Virus record (IMG/VR): IMGVR_UViG_3300014911_000001
Coordinates: 96,001 to 160,000 of that record
Direction: 5' to 3' (one strand)
DNA: 64,000 bases
DNA from: a virus
A model generated the notes under the pieces. The model was not told the DNA's origin and made no database searches. It saw nothing but the letters and a program-made list of their open reading frames with translations. The position numbers and the translations under genes are program-made. This document shows positions 40,401-50,000 of the stretch, piece after piece (positions within the stretch are counted from its first letter, which is position 1; every line of letters starts with the position of its first letter).

Positions 40401-41542
40401 TCAAGGAGGCATTAGCTAAGCATATGGCTGACATTTTTGCTAATAGGGAGCTTAGGAATGTACTGGGTACATCGATGGCTGGTAAAGCTGATGTGATAAG
40501 AACAGGGTATGCATTAGCATTGCAGCATATATATAAATTAAGAGCTGAAGGGCTTTCATATCAGGATATAAGTAAGATCATGGGATTAAGCATTCCAGAA
40601 GCATTTGGTCAAGTATTTGATAAATGGATTGCGGCGGGTTCTGAAAGACAGAAGATGATTCTTACATTTGAAAGGGAAATACTCGATAAGGTATTAAAGA
40701 TGAAGCGTGGTGGTTCTCCAGAGGCGATGGCTGAAGCAATAAATAATCTTGCTAATGAGTTGCTGGAGTATAGTAAGGTTTCATCATCTGTTGCGAAGAA
40801 AGGACATGAGTTAATAGATAAATTTGTTGCAGAAATTGATTGGGAGAAGATGGGATTGAAGCCGCGTGATGCTTTATACATGATGGGGTGGTTATTAAGA
40901 AACACGCAATGGACTATCCGTAATTCCAGTTATCTTGTTACGAGACAATCGATAAATAGAGGTCTTATTGAAGCATATGCGATGTTTGCATCCCGTTTGC
41001 TGAGTCAACCGACGGGTCCTACGGTAAGCCCGACATTGTTAGATGCATTGTCGGGTGAGGTATTAAGGGGCATGGCAAGGGAGCCGAAGCCATTGAATGA
41101 ATTACTTGGCGAGCAAACAGCAAATATGAGGTTTAGGGAGGCATTGGCGGGCTTCCTTACAAAAACATTTGAGAATTTATCTAAATCAAGAAAACATAGA
41201 TTGCTATTAGCAGGTGCATTGGCTGGGATAGCGGGATATATATTAAGCGGGCCGAAATTAAGAGGAGATATATTTTCATTTGGTATCGATATAGGCACAG
41301 TGCATGGATTGGAGCCGAGCTTCTTTGATGGTAGATGGACATACCCTGAGTTGCCCCGAGGGGAGGATATAAGGGGTTTGGAGAATCCATATCATAAAAG
41401 GAAAATTTATATTCTACGTAATATAAGGCGCAGGAACCCTGCATTATTTAATGAGTTAAGGAGGCGCGGTATAATTCAAGAGTGGGAAATGTCGGCGCCT
41501 TATGATTACCCACGCAGAGAAAGGAAGGTGATCTATGTATGA
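34481..41542 (+). CDS. Putative virion single-chain two-barrel RNA polymerase fused to a DEDDh-like exonuclease
   Basis: Beta'-like GRMPFH...IYMDPLL...GDWDTD; beta-like LKWVTYYQKG and GEGHMFI; N-terminal FMDAE...GKNFWSSE...HFGEQD. Confidence 0.7.
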   Translation: MAVIRKKHTYLRTFTRRKEREKGNRFAKFGLGVAALVPIVYLVRGRGFERLHDFLKTFAEASYKKEARASEASLWAYGPLDRIKKAFMDNPFLSVLGTVTKKEAQGRSVREVLNKLKDIVELLREYYSVAEIRKLFNEDIIPYADKASKLIVEEEKQLVYKYQLMFERALKILTRKINEKGWLPRDPFHFRLLSKYLPHSYKFGLFYGTMPSFSAPLFEISTASEQFAQIFQREIKNLSESEVLLGQHVEQVIKDYVKKHVVVNPEWELAASEVFKHLSAEEHLQVRNLVTRITEQVAKWLHRHAGIDATDLPDVHVVIKAQRYYDVPMLVAQLSVVDLRGVKRSIEIKLGVPQKSGLMAAIGNYPTANVRFAQGNRVRSIFSLKLERLGEMFEHALNDLYEGKSEDYVTRRIHRIIGRYDLYGTGRNDKAFQLVHSIVDKDFKDYAAYNAKKRFLKRAAELVLGVRKGKYRVFMDAEWVMAGISSTGTQYAVTESRRRLIWSFAIQVFDDLGNEVDKLVVFIDPKTISDEFFMSQVRRFGLSKAAAEEALKAVRGRVAMPAGYVRVDSEMEASRLICKKIKDIINKYGKDDLLVMGKNFWSSEVALLERAFKADSNILNYIKRKLVDIEDIYRLVYGAKAINRSLSVEAILDYVKVSDEGSKLLGRLLNYEPRVEVQAFANLVRSLHFGEQDNRIAYILSKIAESMVNNDPELRERVLRIYDIVAKSQGAVLSFTTQQEFMQRAYNYVKEQLKSVGVGSPNAARKWRFEYPFNPADWVPLFVPTLEKQRYQLGRGLPLSEASKRLLETLKKEYARRVLGLGEADINYLGPALISMPFKRFLEQQMLYNVRSVFTIPVFSTFFPFAGEGHMFIHRRLTELSTVVQEVISQKIPISRLENMDARMQLWVKLFESAMEAVKTSPKLGELIKSKFNNDIVKFLRAVDLSIVIGRYRGWIKDSERLANVLVQLFPGFPIKRFVGHAIGRNLRGLTIKQYMALRRGVSAPKINLGDIWKEIFSDKAAAHPLYDMLSNDNMLKLGLMDESAQAGYAQCALIREIFNRLVESGLHLTNPEQYIKYGTFVMTDRLQLGDKVVKIGYNGKLVFNKIITSYDLTGVPSLDFSLTYEIVLPTPLKWVTYYQKGMGTAQRWSLSQFPYYLIEPARFMERGELGIFIETEMTRLKEALIKKYGVREAANVMSKMTKDLNDYMNRVVNYAIKEHGLPIKLTSPLFIFNPKMMAIEGNYDLFNTLTTEQKGLLWTVFLEGLPEKVGKIGGYPSLFDYLEAKFKEHGIVVTPQERRIFRRYVQKQYALYKNKKISEKEFFETVLLKDIADERIRNWFSRLYYGDDREQLARLFDIYQIKLGKRVVELIGLGRHSPFGLGDTALTSTYKSFVRIPMQMYWDIHRWPHLEGMAQFIDAFQAQNLPIYETLLKMADMLKMSQSSIDELVKAGGIYAVPVRRFFDFVRKHMNLLRSIREDIYVPEKILEEAHGDMVRAVQMMLDLGVSLTDFKENAIKFEGAQVRAQVAKEVQDFLRQIFEEAQGKRVVIDVGRAMSVSYKNLESMIGQNDAIIRDLIKYLERMGYNKLKYIPLGTREFWDLSFHQIGRDQVIVEPQVKKLLQLMASIASIKGKVQATGVPSAQVKFEERNVFYKQFVNYLGSIASSFIGRQSLWARTAVTHLPGVEGVGLPSFLLFNKSRLLDTVVWEPFTTYVDASVIENLRGMLEAAGFSKEFIDAFYKGSPNVAFLGMPGRMPFHPGMGLIGFIKSLTKQQKKHVSSVSDAVKIYMDPLLITKVLLGDWDTDRLMALLTMTSPKGAEDITRIWKWVYGLSDQDVAFLMSYGKFRAGDRKAIGELQTFFTSVFEKMTKEQKEAYIQSKEFEDMLHKRLSAIVARMKEGYLSWFGKSEAEELSERVEFLVTGDVTKIPTTEGKVIYLPTILAQMRGYTMKIEKMWPFIQEAKEIARKEGIPFKEALAKHMADIFANRELRNVLGTSMAGKADVIRTGYALALQHIYKLRAEGLSYQDISKIMGLSIPEAFGQVFDKWIAAGSERQKMILTFEREILDKVLKMKRGGSPEAMAEAINNLANELLEYSKVSSSVAKKGHELIDKFVAEIDWEKMGLKPRDALYMMGWLLRNTQWTIRNSSYLVTRQSINRGLIEAYAMFASRLLSQPTGPTVSPTLLDALSGEVLRGMAREPKPLNELLGEQTANMRFREALAGFLTKTFENLSKSRKHRLLLAGALAGIAGYILSGPKLRGDIFSFGIDIGTVHGLEPSFFDGRWTYPELPRGEDIRGLENPYHKRKIYILRNIRRRNPALFNELRRRGIIQEWEMSAPYDYPRRERKVIYV

Positions 41543-41706
41543 AAATTATAGTTAGAGTACCACCAAATGCAGATATTGTTCGTGTTGAAGCGGCAATACG
41601 TAATGCTTTGATGGCGTATGATTTAGATGTACGGTCGATACAAGTGGTAACAACAGCTTTCGGACAGGAGGAGTATGCCAGAGGACTCGAAAAAACCGAG
41701 GCTTGA
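41539..41706 (+). CDS. Small hypothetical protein (55 aa) absent from the ORF track
   Basis: MKIIVRVPPNADIVRVEAAIRNALMAYDLDVRSIQVVTTAFGQEEYARGLEKTEA; AAGGAAGGTG RBS; ATGA overlap with the upstream stop; fills the gap exactly. Confidence 0.7.
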   Translation: MKIIVRVPPNADIVRVEAAIRNALMAYDLDVRSIQVVTTAFGQEEYARGLEKTEA

Positions 41707-44700
41707 TTACAGGACAGCTATTATAGGTACTGTTCCTGTGATTGTTACAGATTTTAGAGTTGTTGAGAATTTTTCCTACCAGCAGATACAGACGCTACGT
41801 ATGGATAATAATGTTATTTACCAGATACCCGGAAGGAATTTGTATGTTATTATTGGATTAGAATTTCCTGATGGTTATTCCATTAATACAGGACTGCGTG
41901 AGCTCCATGCCATGATGTTTCTTGCTCCCATTGTACCTATTTATAGTCCGTGGCTTAATGACATGGTTATTGCATCGTTTGATCAATATAGAGGGCTTGC
42001 TGAATTAATGGGTGTTAATACAGATGTAAACATTTATGCATTGCGTCGTTTAACGATGAGATCTGTTGAGTCGCCTTATGCTATTGGTGTTGAGATGGAG
42101 ATTGCTCCTATGGATTTAGATGCGGCGCGGCTTAAACCCCAATTCCTTGTGGATGAAGAGGCAGCGCGGGCTAAATCTGAATTTATAGCGAGGTTGTTTG
42201 AGTTATATGAAACGATGAAGAGAAGTGAGGACCCGCTGGCTTATTTGGATGGCTTTACATCTATCTACAATGATTACAAGAGGGCTGTTGCTAATAAGGT
42301 TGTCGACTTCCTATGGCAGTCAGAATTATTTAAAAGGTGGATAAGCATAATGTATCCTGAGGGTGATAAGTCACTTTTACCAGTTCAAGGGGTGCGGCTT
42401 AAGCGGCAGCTTGGCATATGGCGGCAGACACCGTTTGCTAATATTGTTATTCATTATCTTCATATGGCTGATGATATCGTATCGTTGCGAGATGAAATCC
42501 ATAAGTATGTTTCAGATGTGGCTAGTAGTACAGCGAAAATGATCCGTGATTATGTAGCTGATTACGAACAAATTCAGCAGGTTGGCGCGCCTCGACGATT
42601 TTTTCAAGTATTACAGACATTATATAATAGCATTAAAGGTGGCATACGCACCCGTGTTGATAGTTCATTAATGGGTACTATAGCGTTTGGTAATCAGATA
42701 AGAGAGATGTTACTTGAGGTTGCGTTACGCATGGATAATGGGCAGAGGGGTAAGTTTACTAACTATGTGCAAAGGATTCTATCTCTGACGGCGGGGCCTA
42801 ATCTAGTAGTCCCTGAGATGATGATGGAGGGTGAGTCAGCTATTGTTACCATGTCTGATTTTCTTACTAGATTTTTTGCGGAATTAGGTAAGAAGTTAGA
42901 TACGGATTCATACAAAATTTTTGTTGATTTATTTGCTGATGTTATGTCTGAACGTATTGCGTATTGGGAGTTGTTTTCAAAGGTGATGAAATATGAGACA
43001 TTTGATTTTGGTAAGTATCGTGCTACTCCAACCAGATGGGAATATACCGTAACTAATAAATTCGTACCTCTGAGGATTGGTGATGCAGTAGCTCCCTTGT
43101 TGCAACATCTTGGTACTGACAGTCCTATATTTAGGGTGCAATATGCATGTGGTGATGGTCTGGCCATAAGGCAGCTAAAACAGTTAAGAGATGATGTTGA
43201 TAAGGCTGTGCAACAGATAAATGAAATAGGGTCGTATTTCCCTTGGATTACGAGATATATAGAGCCTATAATATTATCCTCAACGGACGGCTTAATTGAA
43301 TTTCTGGGCATGCAGCATGCGGTTTTAGATTCAGTAAGTATTAATCCGATGGAAGAAGCCGCGATGGTTGCTGAGGCTACATGTACATTTGTTGCCTCTG
43401 ATATAACGATTTTTGATTACGAGCAGTTTGAGTTTGCCGATACTGTTGGTGCCAATAATTTATCATGTCTATTATTATTCTATGCATTGCGTAAATGGTA
43501 CCAGGAAATTTTTGGCAAAGACCTTCCTCCGAGTGGTACTGTTGCAGAGACGGTGCAGCCATTAAAGGAAGGTGAAGATATTTCGAAGCTAAGGATTCCG
43601 TTTAAATTGTTTGATGTTATGGATTCACAGAATGTAACGAAGCGTGCATTTCAGTATGCGATGACATTATCCAAAGCTGAGAATCAGAATTATTATAACT
43701 TCACTATCTATAATTCAGATAAAAAGGCTGTATATGCATTAAATGAGGGTGTGGTTACTAACGTAACTAATAATCTGGTTGATGGTTATATAGTTCGTGT
43801 GAAAAACGGTGATTTTGTAACGGAGTATAGGAATCTGGGGAAATTGGCAGAGGATATTAAGCCGGGCGAAAAGGTGTTGGGTGGACAATATTTAGGGGAG
43901 GCGCGCTTCTTTGCTAGTGGAACATATCCAACCGAAGTACAGGAAAAAGAAGTTAAAATGCTACCTAACCTATTAGGATTAGGGGTGCCTGAGGTTGTTC
44001 AAGAATACAAGAAGAAAGTAAAAACATCTGGTCCTGCGCCTTATGGGGTGTTTGTATTATTTATGTATAAAAATATTCCATTGGACCTAGAAATTTATAA
44101 AGGTAAGGAGGTTTTTGAAAAAGCAGCTAATATATCTGCGCCCACAGATATATATGCATATTTTTGGACCCATACTAAGGATGATAAAATAACATGGGCT
44201 GGGCATACCTATGATGTGAAAAATAATCCTTATGTCCAAGGATATGTAAATAGTGTCTTAGGTGGGATACCTATTTTAGAATCAATTTCGAATCGTGTTT
44301 TTGATGAGAAGACATTTTTTGATGTCCTTATTCGATTACTGATGGAGAAATGTATGACATGTGTATCGTCATTTGATATTGCTGGCTTGGAGCAGAAGCT
44401 TGCAAATGAATTGGGTATGGAGCCGGCTTCTGCAACTGATAAAGCTGTTCCAACACAGGAGGAATATGTGCCCGTTCTTGGCCGTCCATACTTTACCCAC
44501 CCATCATTGGAAGAGATGAAACTACCAGAGCCACAATTACCTCCTAAGGTAACTCCGGCACCAGAGGAAGGAAAAATGGAAGTACCTGAGGAGAAAGTAG
44601 AGAAACCGCAGCTTTCTGCACCAAAAGAATTACCTGAGGAGGCCCCGCCAGTAGAGGTGCCGCCTAGTGAACCACCAATGATAGAAGAAGGTGAAAAAGA

Positions 44701-47071
44701 GGAGGGTGATCTTTTAAATAGACTCATAGCACGTTACATGGCGCTTGTATCGCAAGATATGAAATATTTACAGCAGTTACCACCTACCCCTATAGTTGAT
44801 ATGGAAGCGGTGCCTACTGATGATGAACTTATACATAGGAAAAATAGTGGTTTATGGGAGCATTTAAAGCAGCATTACACAGAGTTTGTAAAATTGGAAG
44901 CTGTATTGTCACAGAAATTTGGTGATGAATTCTTTAAGGATTTTGATGAACGGGTAAAAGCTGAGCGTGAGGAATTACGGAAACTAGAAGGTGGTGGATT
45001 ATACCGTTGGGTTGTTGCAGATCGCTACCGTGAAATAATTAATGATGAATATGTGACATATGGTATACCGTGGCAAAGTTTGAAGGATCAGGCACCCTTT
45101 GATGAATTGTTGCCATTGGTAAAACAGAGACATGCTGTTGTTGTCAGTCTTATGAGGAATTTGTTTGAACTAGGAAAGAATTCTTCTGAGCATGATTTCT
45201 GGGCCGCGGCTTCTTCAAGATTTGAAAATAGGCTGTCCTTCTTTAACAATGGTCTTGATCAGATCGCTGCTGAATACGGTGATAATTCAATGGAGATAAT
45301 TGAATTTTATGATAATGCTTTGGTGAAGGAGCAGGATTATTTATCAGCTCTCGAAGAGGCTTATGAGAGTCAGTTGGTTAGGGAGGAAAAGAAAGAATCT
45401 ATAGAGAAAAAGGATATGCCATCCAGTACTATACCACCAGCTGGTACTCCAAATCGTCTGCCTGAGTTAGAAGCAAAATATAAGGAGATCATAGGATATG
45501 AACGAGATCTATTAGAAGCGGCACAGGATTTAAAAGATCCTTATTGGAAGAATGCATTGGAGGAGTTTAACAAGCGTGTGGCTAATTATGAGGGAGATAT
45601 TAAGGAGGCCGCGGGCCCAGATTTAGAAAAAATTTATGAGAATGCTATAGCTTATGAGACAATGATGCTTGATAATTATAAGACCAAATATCAGAAGCAG
45701 AGGGCTATTGGGGATTATACGAAGCCGCCAATGCCCCAGCATGTGGCGCCGGTAACAGTGCCAAAAGCAAAAGTAGTACCACCTCCTAAGGAGATGATTA
45801 TTGTTCCGGATGATGAGATTGAAATGTGGCGTGATTTGTTAGATTTTGTGGCTGATCATTGGATCGGTTCTAGTAAGTTTAGGGATATTGATTTAACAGA
45901 AAAGATAGATGCTACTGATATAGACCATTCTTTCCAGAGTATAAAATCGGCGTTACGCGAGGCTTGGAATCGTTATAGTGAGATAGATCTGAGAGCTATT
46001 GCTGTGCATGTAACTGATAGCCATCCAGCTAGTGATAGCTATCTGGTAGGATCATCATTGTGTAGGCCATTTCTTATAGAGGGTCAAGAGGAAAAGACAA
46101 ATCGTAAAGAGGGAGGTGCATATACAATTTATCATATAATGATTGGTAATGGGTTTAGTAGAAATATTGATCATGAGATAATAGGTTATGATACGCATTA
46201 TGATGGCAGGATAATGACAAGTCGACCATTAACCCAAAAAGCATATCATGTAGGTGGATTGAATCATCTTGCTGTTGCGGTTGCATGGGTAGGTGCTACA
46301 TTTGCGGATATAAGAAGCCCTAATGTACAATCTTTTGCAACAGTTTGGGGAATACAAACAGTTACACCATATGCTTTTATATCATTTTGGGATAATGTTA
46401 TCGAACCAGCTTTACATTCATTGGAAACACCAACATATGATACATTGAGGGAAAGAGCATTTGATGTATTAAGTGATTCTGGATGGATTGATAGTAACTT
46501 CTTCACTAATAAGAAAACAAAGGGAGTTGTACCTTTTACAGAGAAATTCTATGAAGTTGCACCTGTATATGATTTTACTTATTATTTAAAAAATGAGTTA
46601 GAGGTTGCATGGCCTGGGTATGGGGAATTGCTTTCACCTGGCAAAATGTCTGCTAAAGGTTGTGCGTGGAAGCGTGGTGTCAGAGAGGCAGGGGTATATG
46701 TAGAAAAACATGCAGGGAAATGGCGGCTTGGCACTATATATGGTATGAGTAGAATGGCTTGGGATAGATTAGTAAAGACAGTAGGTATTCTCAATATGTT
46801 ATTTAGACAGGCATTAGGTAAGGATATTATTATAGCGGGTCATTCGGAATTATATGGATTTATACCCTCATCATTGGGGCAAAAAGGTAAGGTTTGTCCA
46901 GGATTTAATTTACGTGGTAATCGTAGAGGCAATAATGACTTATTATCAGATATAAAATATGCGAAGGCATATTTACCAGATTTGGGTTATGAGTTATGGC
47001 TATCACCAACCGCAGAGAAATATTGGGAGAAATATTTTAAAGCTGTTATTAAGGCTATAGGAGAATCATAA
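41675..47071 (+). CDS. Giant tail-associated protein with a degenerate M23-like domain and a C-terminal Amidase_2 (N-acetylmuramoyl-L-alanine amidase)
   Basis: AIAVHVT...YHIMI...DGRI...AYHVGGLN...AGHSE...CPG (His/His/Cys Zn ligands); VYALNEGVV...YRNL...KPGEKV..GQYLG. Confidence 0.8.
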   Translation: MPEDSKKPRLDYRTAIIGTVPVIVTDFRVVENFSYQQIQTLRMDNNVIYQIPGRNLYVIIGLEFPDGYSINTGLRELHAMMFLAPIVPIYSPWLNDMVIASFDQYRGLAELMGVNTDVNIYALRRLTMRSVESPYAIGVEMEIAPMDLDAARLKPQFLVDEEAARAKSEFIARLFELYETMKRSEDPLAYLDGFTSIYNDYKRAVANKVVDFLWQSELFKRWISIMYPEGDKSLLPVQGVRLKRQLGIWRQTPFANIVIHYLHMADDIVSLRDEIHKYVSDVASSTAKMIRDYVADYEQIQQVGAPRRFFQVLQTLYNSIKGGIRTRVDSSLMGTIAFGNQIREMLLEVALRMDNGQRGKFTNYVQRILSLTAGPNLVVPEMMMEGESAIVTMSDFLTRFFAELGKKLDTDSYKIFVDLFADVMSERIAYWELFSKVMKYETFDFGKYRATPTRWEYTVTNKFVPLRIGDAVAPLLQHLGTDSPIFRVQYACGDGLAIRQLKQLRDDVDKAVQQINEIGSYFPWITRYIEPIILSSTDGLIEFLGMQHAVLDSVSINPMEEAAMVAEATCTFVASDITIFDYEQFEFADTVGANNLSCLLLFYALRKWYQEIFGKDLPPSGTVAETVQPLKEGEDISKLRIPFKLFDVMDSQNVTKRAFQYAMTLSKAENQNYYNFTIYNSDKKAVYALNEGVVTNVTNNLVDGYIVRVKNGDFVTEYRNLGKLAEDIKPGEKVLGGQYLGEARFFASGTYPTEVQEKEVKMLPNLLGLGVPEVVQEYKKKVKTSGPAPYGVFVLFMYKNIPLDLEIYKGKEVFEKAANISAPTDIYAYFWTHTKDDKITWAGHTYDVKNNPYVQGYVNSVLGGIPILESISNRVFDEKTFFDVLIRLLMEKCMTCVSSFDIAGLEQKLANELGMEPASATDKAVPTQEEYVPVLGRPYFTHPSLEEMKLPEPQLPPKVTPAPEEGKMEVPEEKVEKPQLSAPKELPEEAPPVEVPPSEPPMIEEGEKEEGDLLNRLIARYMALVSQDMKYLQQLPPTPIVDMEAVPTDDELIHRKNSGLWEHLKQHYTEFVKLEAVLSQKFGDEFFKDFDERVKAEREELRKLEGGGLYRWVVADRYREIINDEYVTYGIPWQSLKDQAPFDELLPLVKQRHAVVVSLMRNLFELGKNSSEHDFWAAASSRFENRLSFFNNGLDQIAAEYGDNSMEIIEFYDNALVKEQDYLSALEEAYESQLVREEKKESIEKKDMPSSTIPPAGTPNRLPELEAKYKEIIGYERDLLEAAQDLKDPYWKNALEEFNKRVANYEGDIKEAAGPDLEKIYENAIAYETMMLDNYKTKYQKQRAIGDYTKPPMPQHVAPVTVPKAKVVPPPKEMIIVPDDEIEMWRDLLDFVADHWIGSSKFRDIDLTEKIDATDIDHSFQSIKSALREAWNRYSEIDLRAIAVHVTDSHPASDSYLVGSSLCRPFLIEGQEEKTNRKEGGAYTIYHIMIGNGFSRNIDHEIIGYDTHYDGRIMTSRPLTQKAYHVGGLNHLAVAVAWVGATFADIRSPNVQSFATVWGIQTVTPYAFISFWDNVIEPALHSLETPTYDTLRERAFDVLSDSGWIDSNFFTNKKTKGVVPFTEKFYEVAPVYDFTYYLKNELEVAWPGYGELLSPGKMSAKGCAWKRGVREAGVYVEKHAGKWRLGTIYGMSRMAWDRLVKTVGILNMLFRQALGKDIIIAGHSELYGFIPSSLGQKGKVCPGFNLRGNRRGNNDLLSDIKYAKAYLPDLGYELWLSPTAEKYWEKYFKAVIKAIGES

Positions 47072-50000
47072 TGCCAGAGGATAGAACAAATATTATCTCC
47101 GATCCAAGCTCTAAGCCTACTGGAGATGGGAAGACTAAAGATAAGGGTTATGGGATGTTGCCTCTAACAGCTAATTTGTTTTTAGATGATATGCTTCAAT
47201 TTACGAATGAAGCATTTCCTCTTGCATCTGCGATGTCTATATTGAGTGGTGATTATCATTTTATTGTGCGTAATTGGACGACGGCTTACCCAGATAGGTA
47301 TATACCTGACAGGATTTTAAATAAGAGGGGGTCGACGCCTCTATTCTACTATGATAGTGATATAGGAATTAACAATAAAGTTATACGTGCTCTTGTTAAT
47401 GAGACTCGGTATCAGGCTAATATGATTCTTAATCAGTTGGCGGCGTTTACTAATATGCCGGAGGATCTTATTGAATCTATTAAGCAACAATTAAAGAAAT
47501 TTTATGGACCTGAGGCCGCCAATAAGTTTGAAAATGAAATTAAAAAACATACTTACGGGAAGAAGTTAGATTTAAAGGAATACAGGAAATTTCTTGAACA
47601 ATTTAAAGAGCTTTATTTAGATGATTCGCGGCTTCAGTACTTGCTTGACTCATCGGATAAGCAGACAAGCAAGTTGTTAGGTGGCTTGGATGCGCGGCTT
47701 GGTCTATTATCATGGTTAAATGTCCGCAATTACGCGCGCTTATACATTAAGCTTTTGGAGCTCAAGGAGATATTGGAGCAGATTGGAAAGGGAGAGGGAG
47801 CCGTGCCTCCTGATGCTGATGCGCTTAATCTTATAAAGGCGATGATAATAGCTAAGTACAAGGTTGATAATCCCAAGGCATCAGAAGCAGATATTTCAGC
47901 TAAGGCTGCTGAGATAGATGCTGCTTTTGGTGATGAAGCAAAGTTAGCACAAGTGTTGACAAAATATGGTAAGGAGCTCGCTGACATATATAGTTCATAT
48001 GATAAATTAAGTAAGTTTGTCGATAAGCTTATTAATGTTTGGACAAATGATCCATTTTTTAGCGGGTTGTTATCGGCGTATAGGGCAGAGAATAGAAGTA
48101 TTACTGAAATTTTATGGTTGGCAAGGGATATTGCCCATGTTGATGCCGTGTTTGCGGCTAAAAATGTAGAAGATGCTGTGAATACCTATTTCCAGCATTC
48201 CCTTATGGTGGGTCCTAAAGAATTTGAAACACAGTTAGATATTTTGTACCGCATTCTGGTTACATATCCTCTAGAGGTTGCCTATAAAGTGAACCGAATT
48301 TATCCAACATTCAGGATTTTCCTTGTTCATCCGGGTACGGGGCTTATTTACTCATTCAGAGACTTTTATTCACCAAAGGCTGTTGAGAGTATTGATATTT
48401 ATAGAGACAAGTTAGGCACGGCAGATGTATGTCGTATAACGGTTTCCAATCGGGGTGGTCAGTTTGTAACAGATCTCCCAGCATTTCTTGAGCCACATGA
48501 TATTATTGATGCAGGGGGTGCAAGGACACCTCTTATGTTGAAGCCCGGCATGTATCTTATTGTAAAATTAGGTTATGCTAATTTGGAGAATGATCTTAGG
48601 ACTAGGTTTATAGGGCGCATAACAGATGTACAAATGCAGGAAGGGCGCATTGTTGTTATGGCACAAGGTCTTGGTACTCAGTTGTTGATGGTACCCGGGC
48701 AGGATGAGGATCATAAGGGTGAGATTAAAGTCAAAGATGGCGGAATATTAAGGTTATTGGGGTTTGGTTCTATTATAAGTAGTTATGGGGCGCTTATTGC
48801 TCATTTATTATTGCAGACGCGCGGGCTTGGTGATCTAGGTCGCCGTGTGAGTTTATTCCGTAGGTGGGAGCTAGGGTATCGTGGAGGTATATATAAGACA
48901 CATCGCGGGCCTATCATGTTTAGTTTGTCCAATGCATTAAATAGACTTCTTCATAATACGGCGCATCTTTTACCGTTTTTTGCTAAAAAAATAGTAGGTG
49001 TTTTTAAACATTCACCATTATATCATTTTCTGCCTGCGAAAACGCGTGAGAATATAGATAAAATGATTGATGCCTTGCCTTTATTGCCAACTATAATGGA
49101 TGCATACCGTCATTATCGAGATGTAACACATAATATTGGTGCGCTTATGGAGAATATTTATATTGATGCTGGTGTTGGTGGGGCTAGTACATATACAGGC
49201 GCGGGTAAGTTTGCGTGGGATATATGGGCTCAATACTTGAGAAGTATATTTGGTGGTATTGGACGTGGGCGTTCAGCTAAAGACATTCAATCGCAGCAGA
49301 GACCTATTAATAGTGAGGTGGTTCCATGGGGTATTGAGTACTATACTCGTGCAAAGTCCCTATATGATTGCTTGAAGGAAGTAGCATGGTTCTTCCCCGG
49401 ATATATTTTATATACACCGTTTTATAATGAGGATTTTGTGTATAGTGCGCGGGCCACTATATTTATAGGTCAGAAGACATTTTATTACAGATACAGAGAT
49501 GATTTATATTCAAGGGTTGAGGATGGTCCTGTTATCAAGAAAGCATTATTGGAAATCATTGATGATGCGATACAGAATATAGGTAAATTAAAGAAAGTTG
49601 ACTGGGTTTATCGTTATGGGCAATTGTTTTATCTATTTCCTGATATAAATTCCATCTTGGGCAAGTACAGCTCTTCACGTATGAGGTCATTGCCGACAAC
49701 ACAGCCAGGGAAACTTCCCGGTTATTTAGATCTAGTTTCTGGCGGTCGTGCACATGCTGTTCCACAAACGGTAACAGAAAGTAAAGGTGATATAACCGGG
49801 GAGGAGTTTAGGGTTCAATTGCAGGATCTTAGGACTCTTATCGAAACAGAGGGTGAATCATTACATAAAACGGAGAAGAACATCTTCCACTTAAAGTTCT
49901 TGTTTAGACCTGAAAATTATTCTCCCGATGTTTATAACTATGTATTATCGATGAAGCCGGAGGTTGCGTTGCATATGGTATCAGCGCGCCCGCTTCAAAA

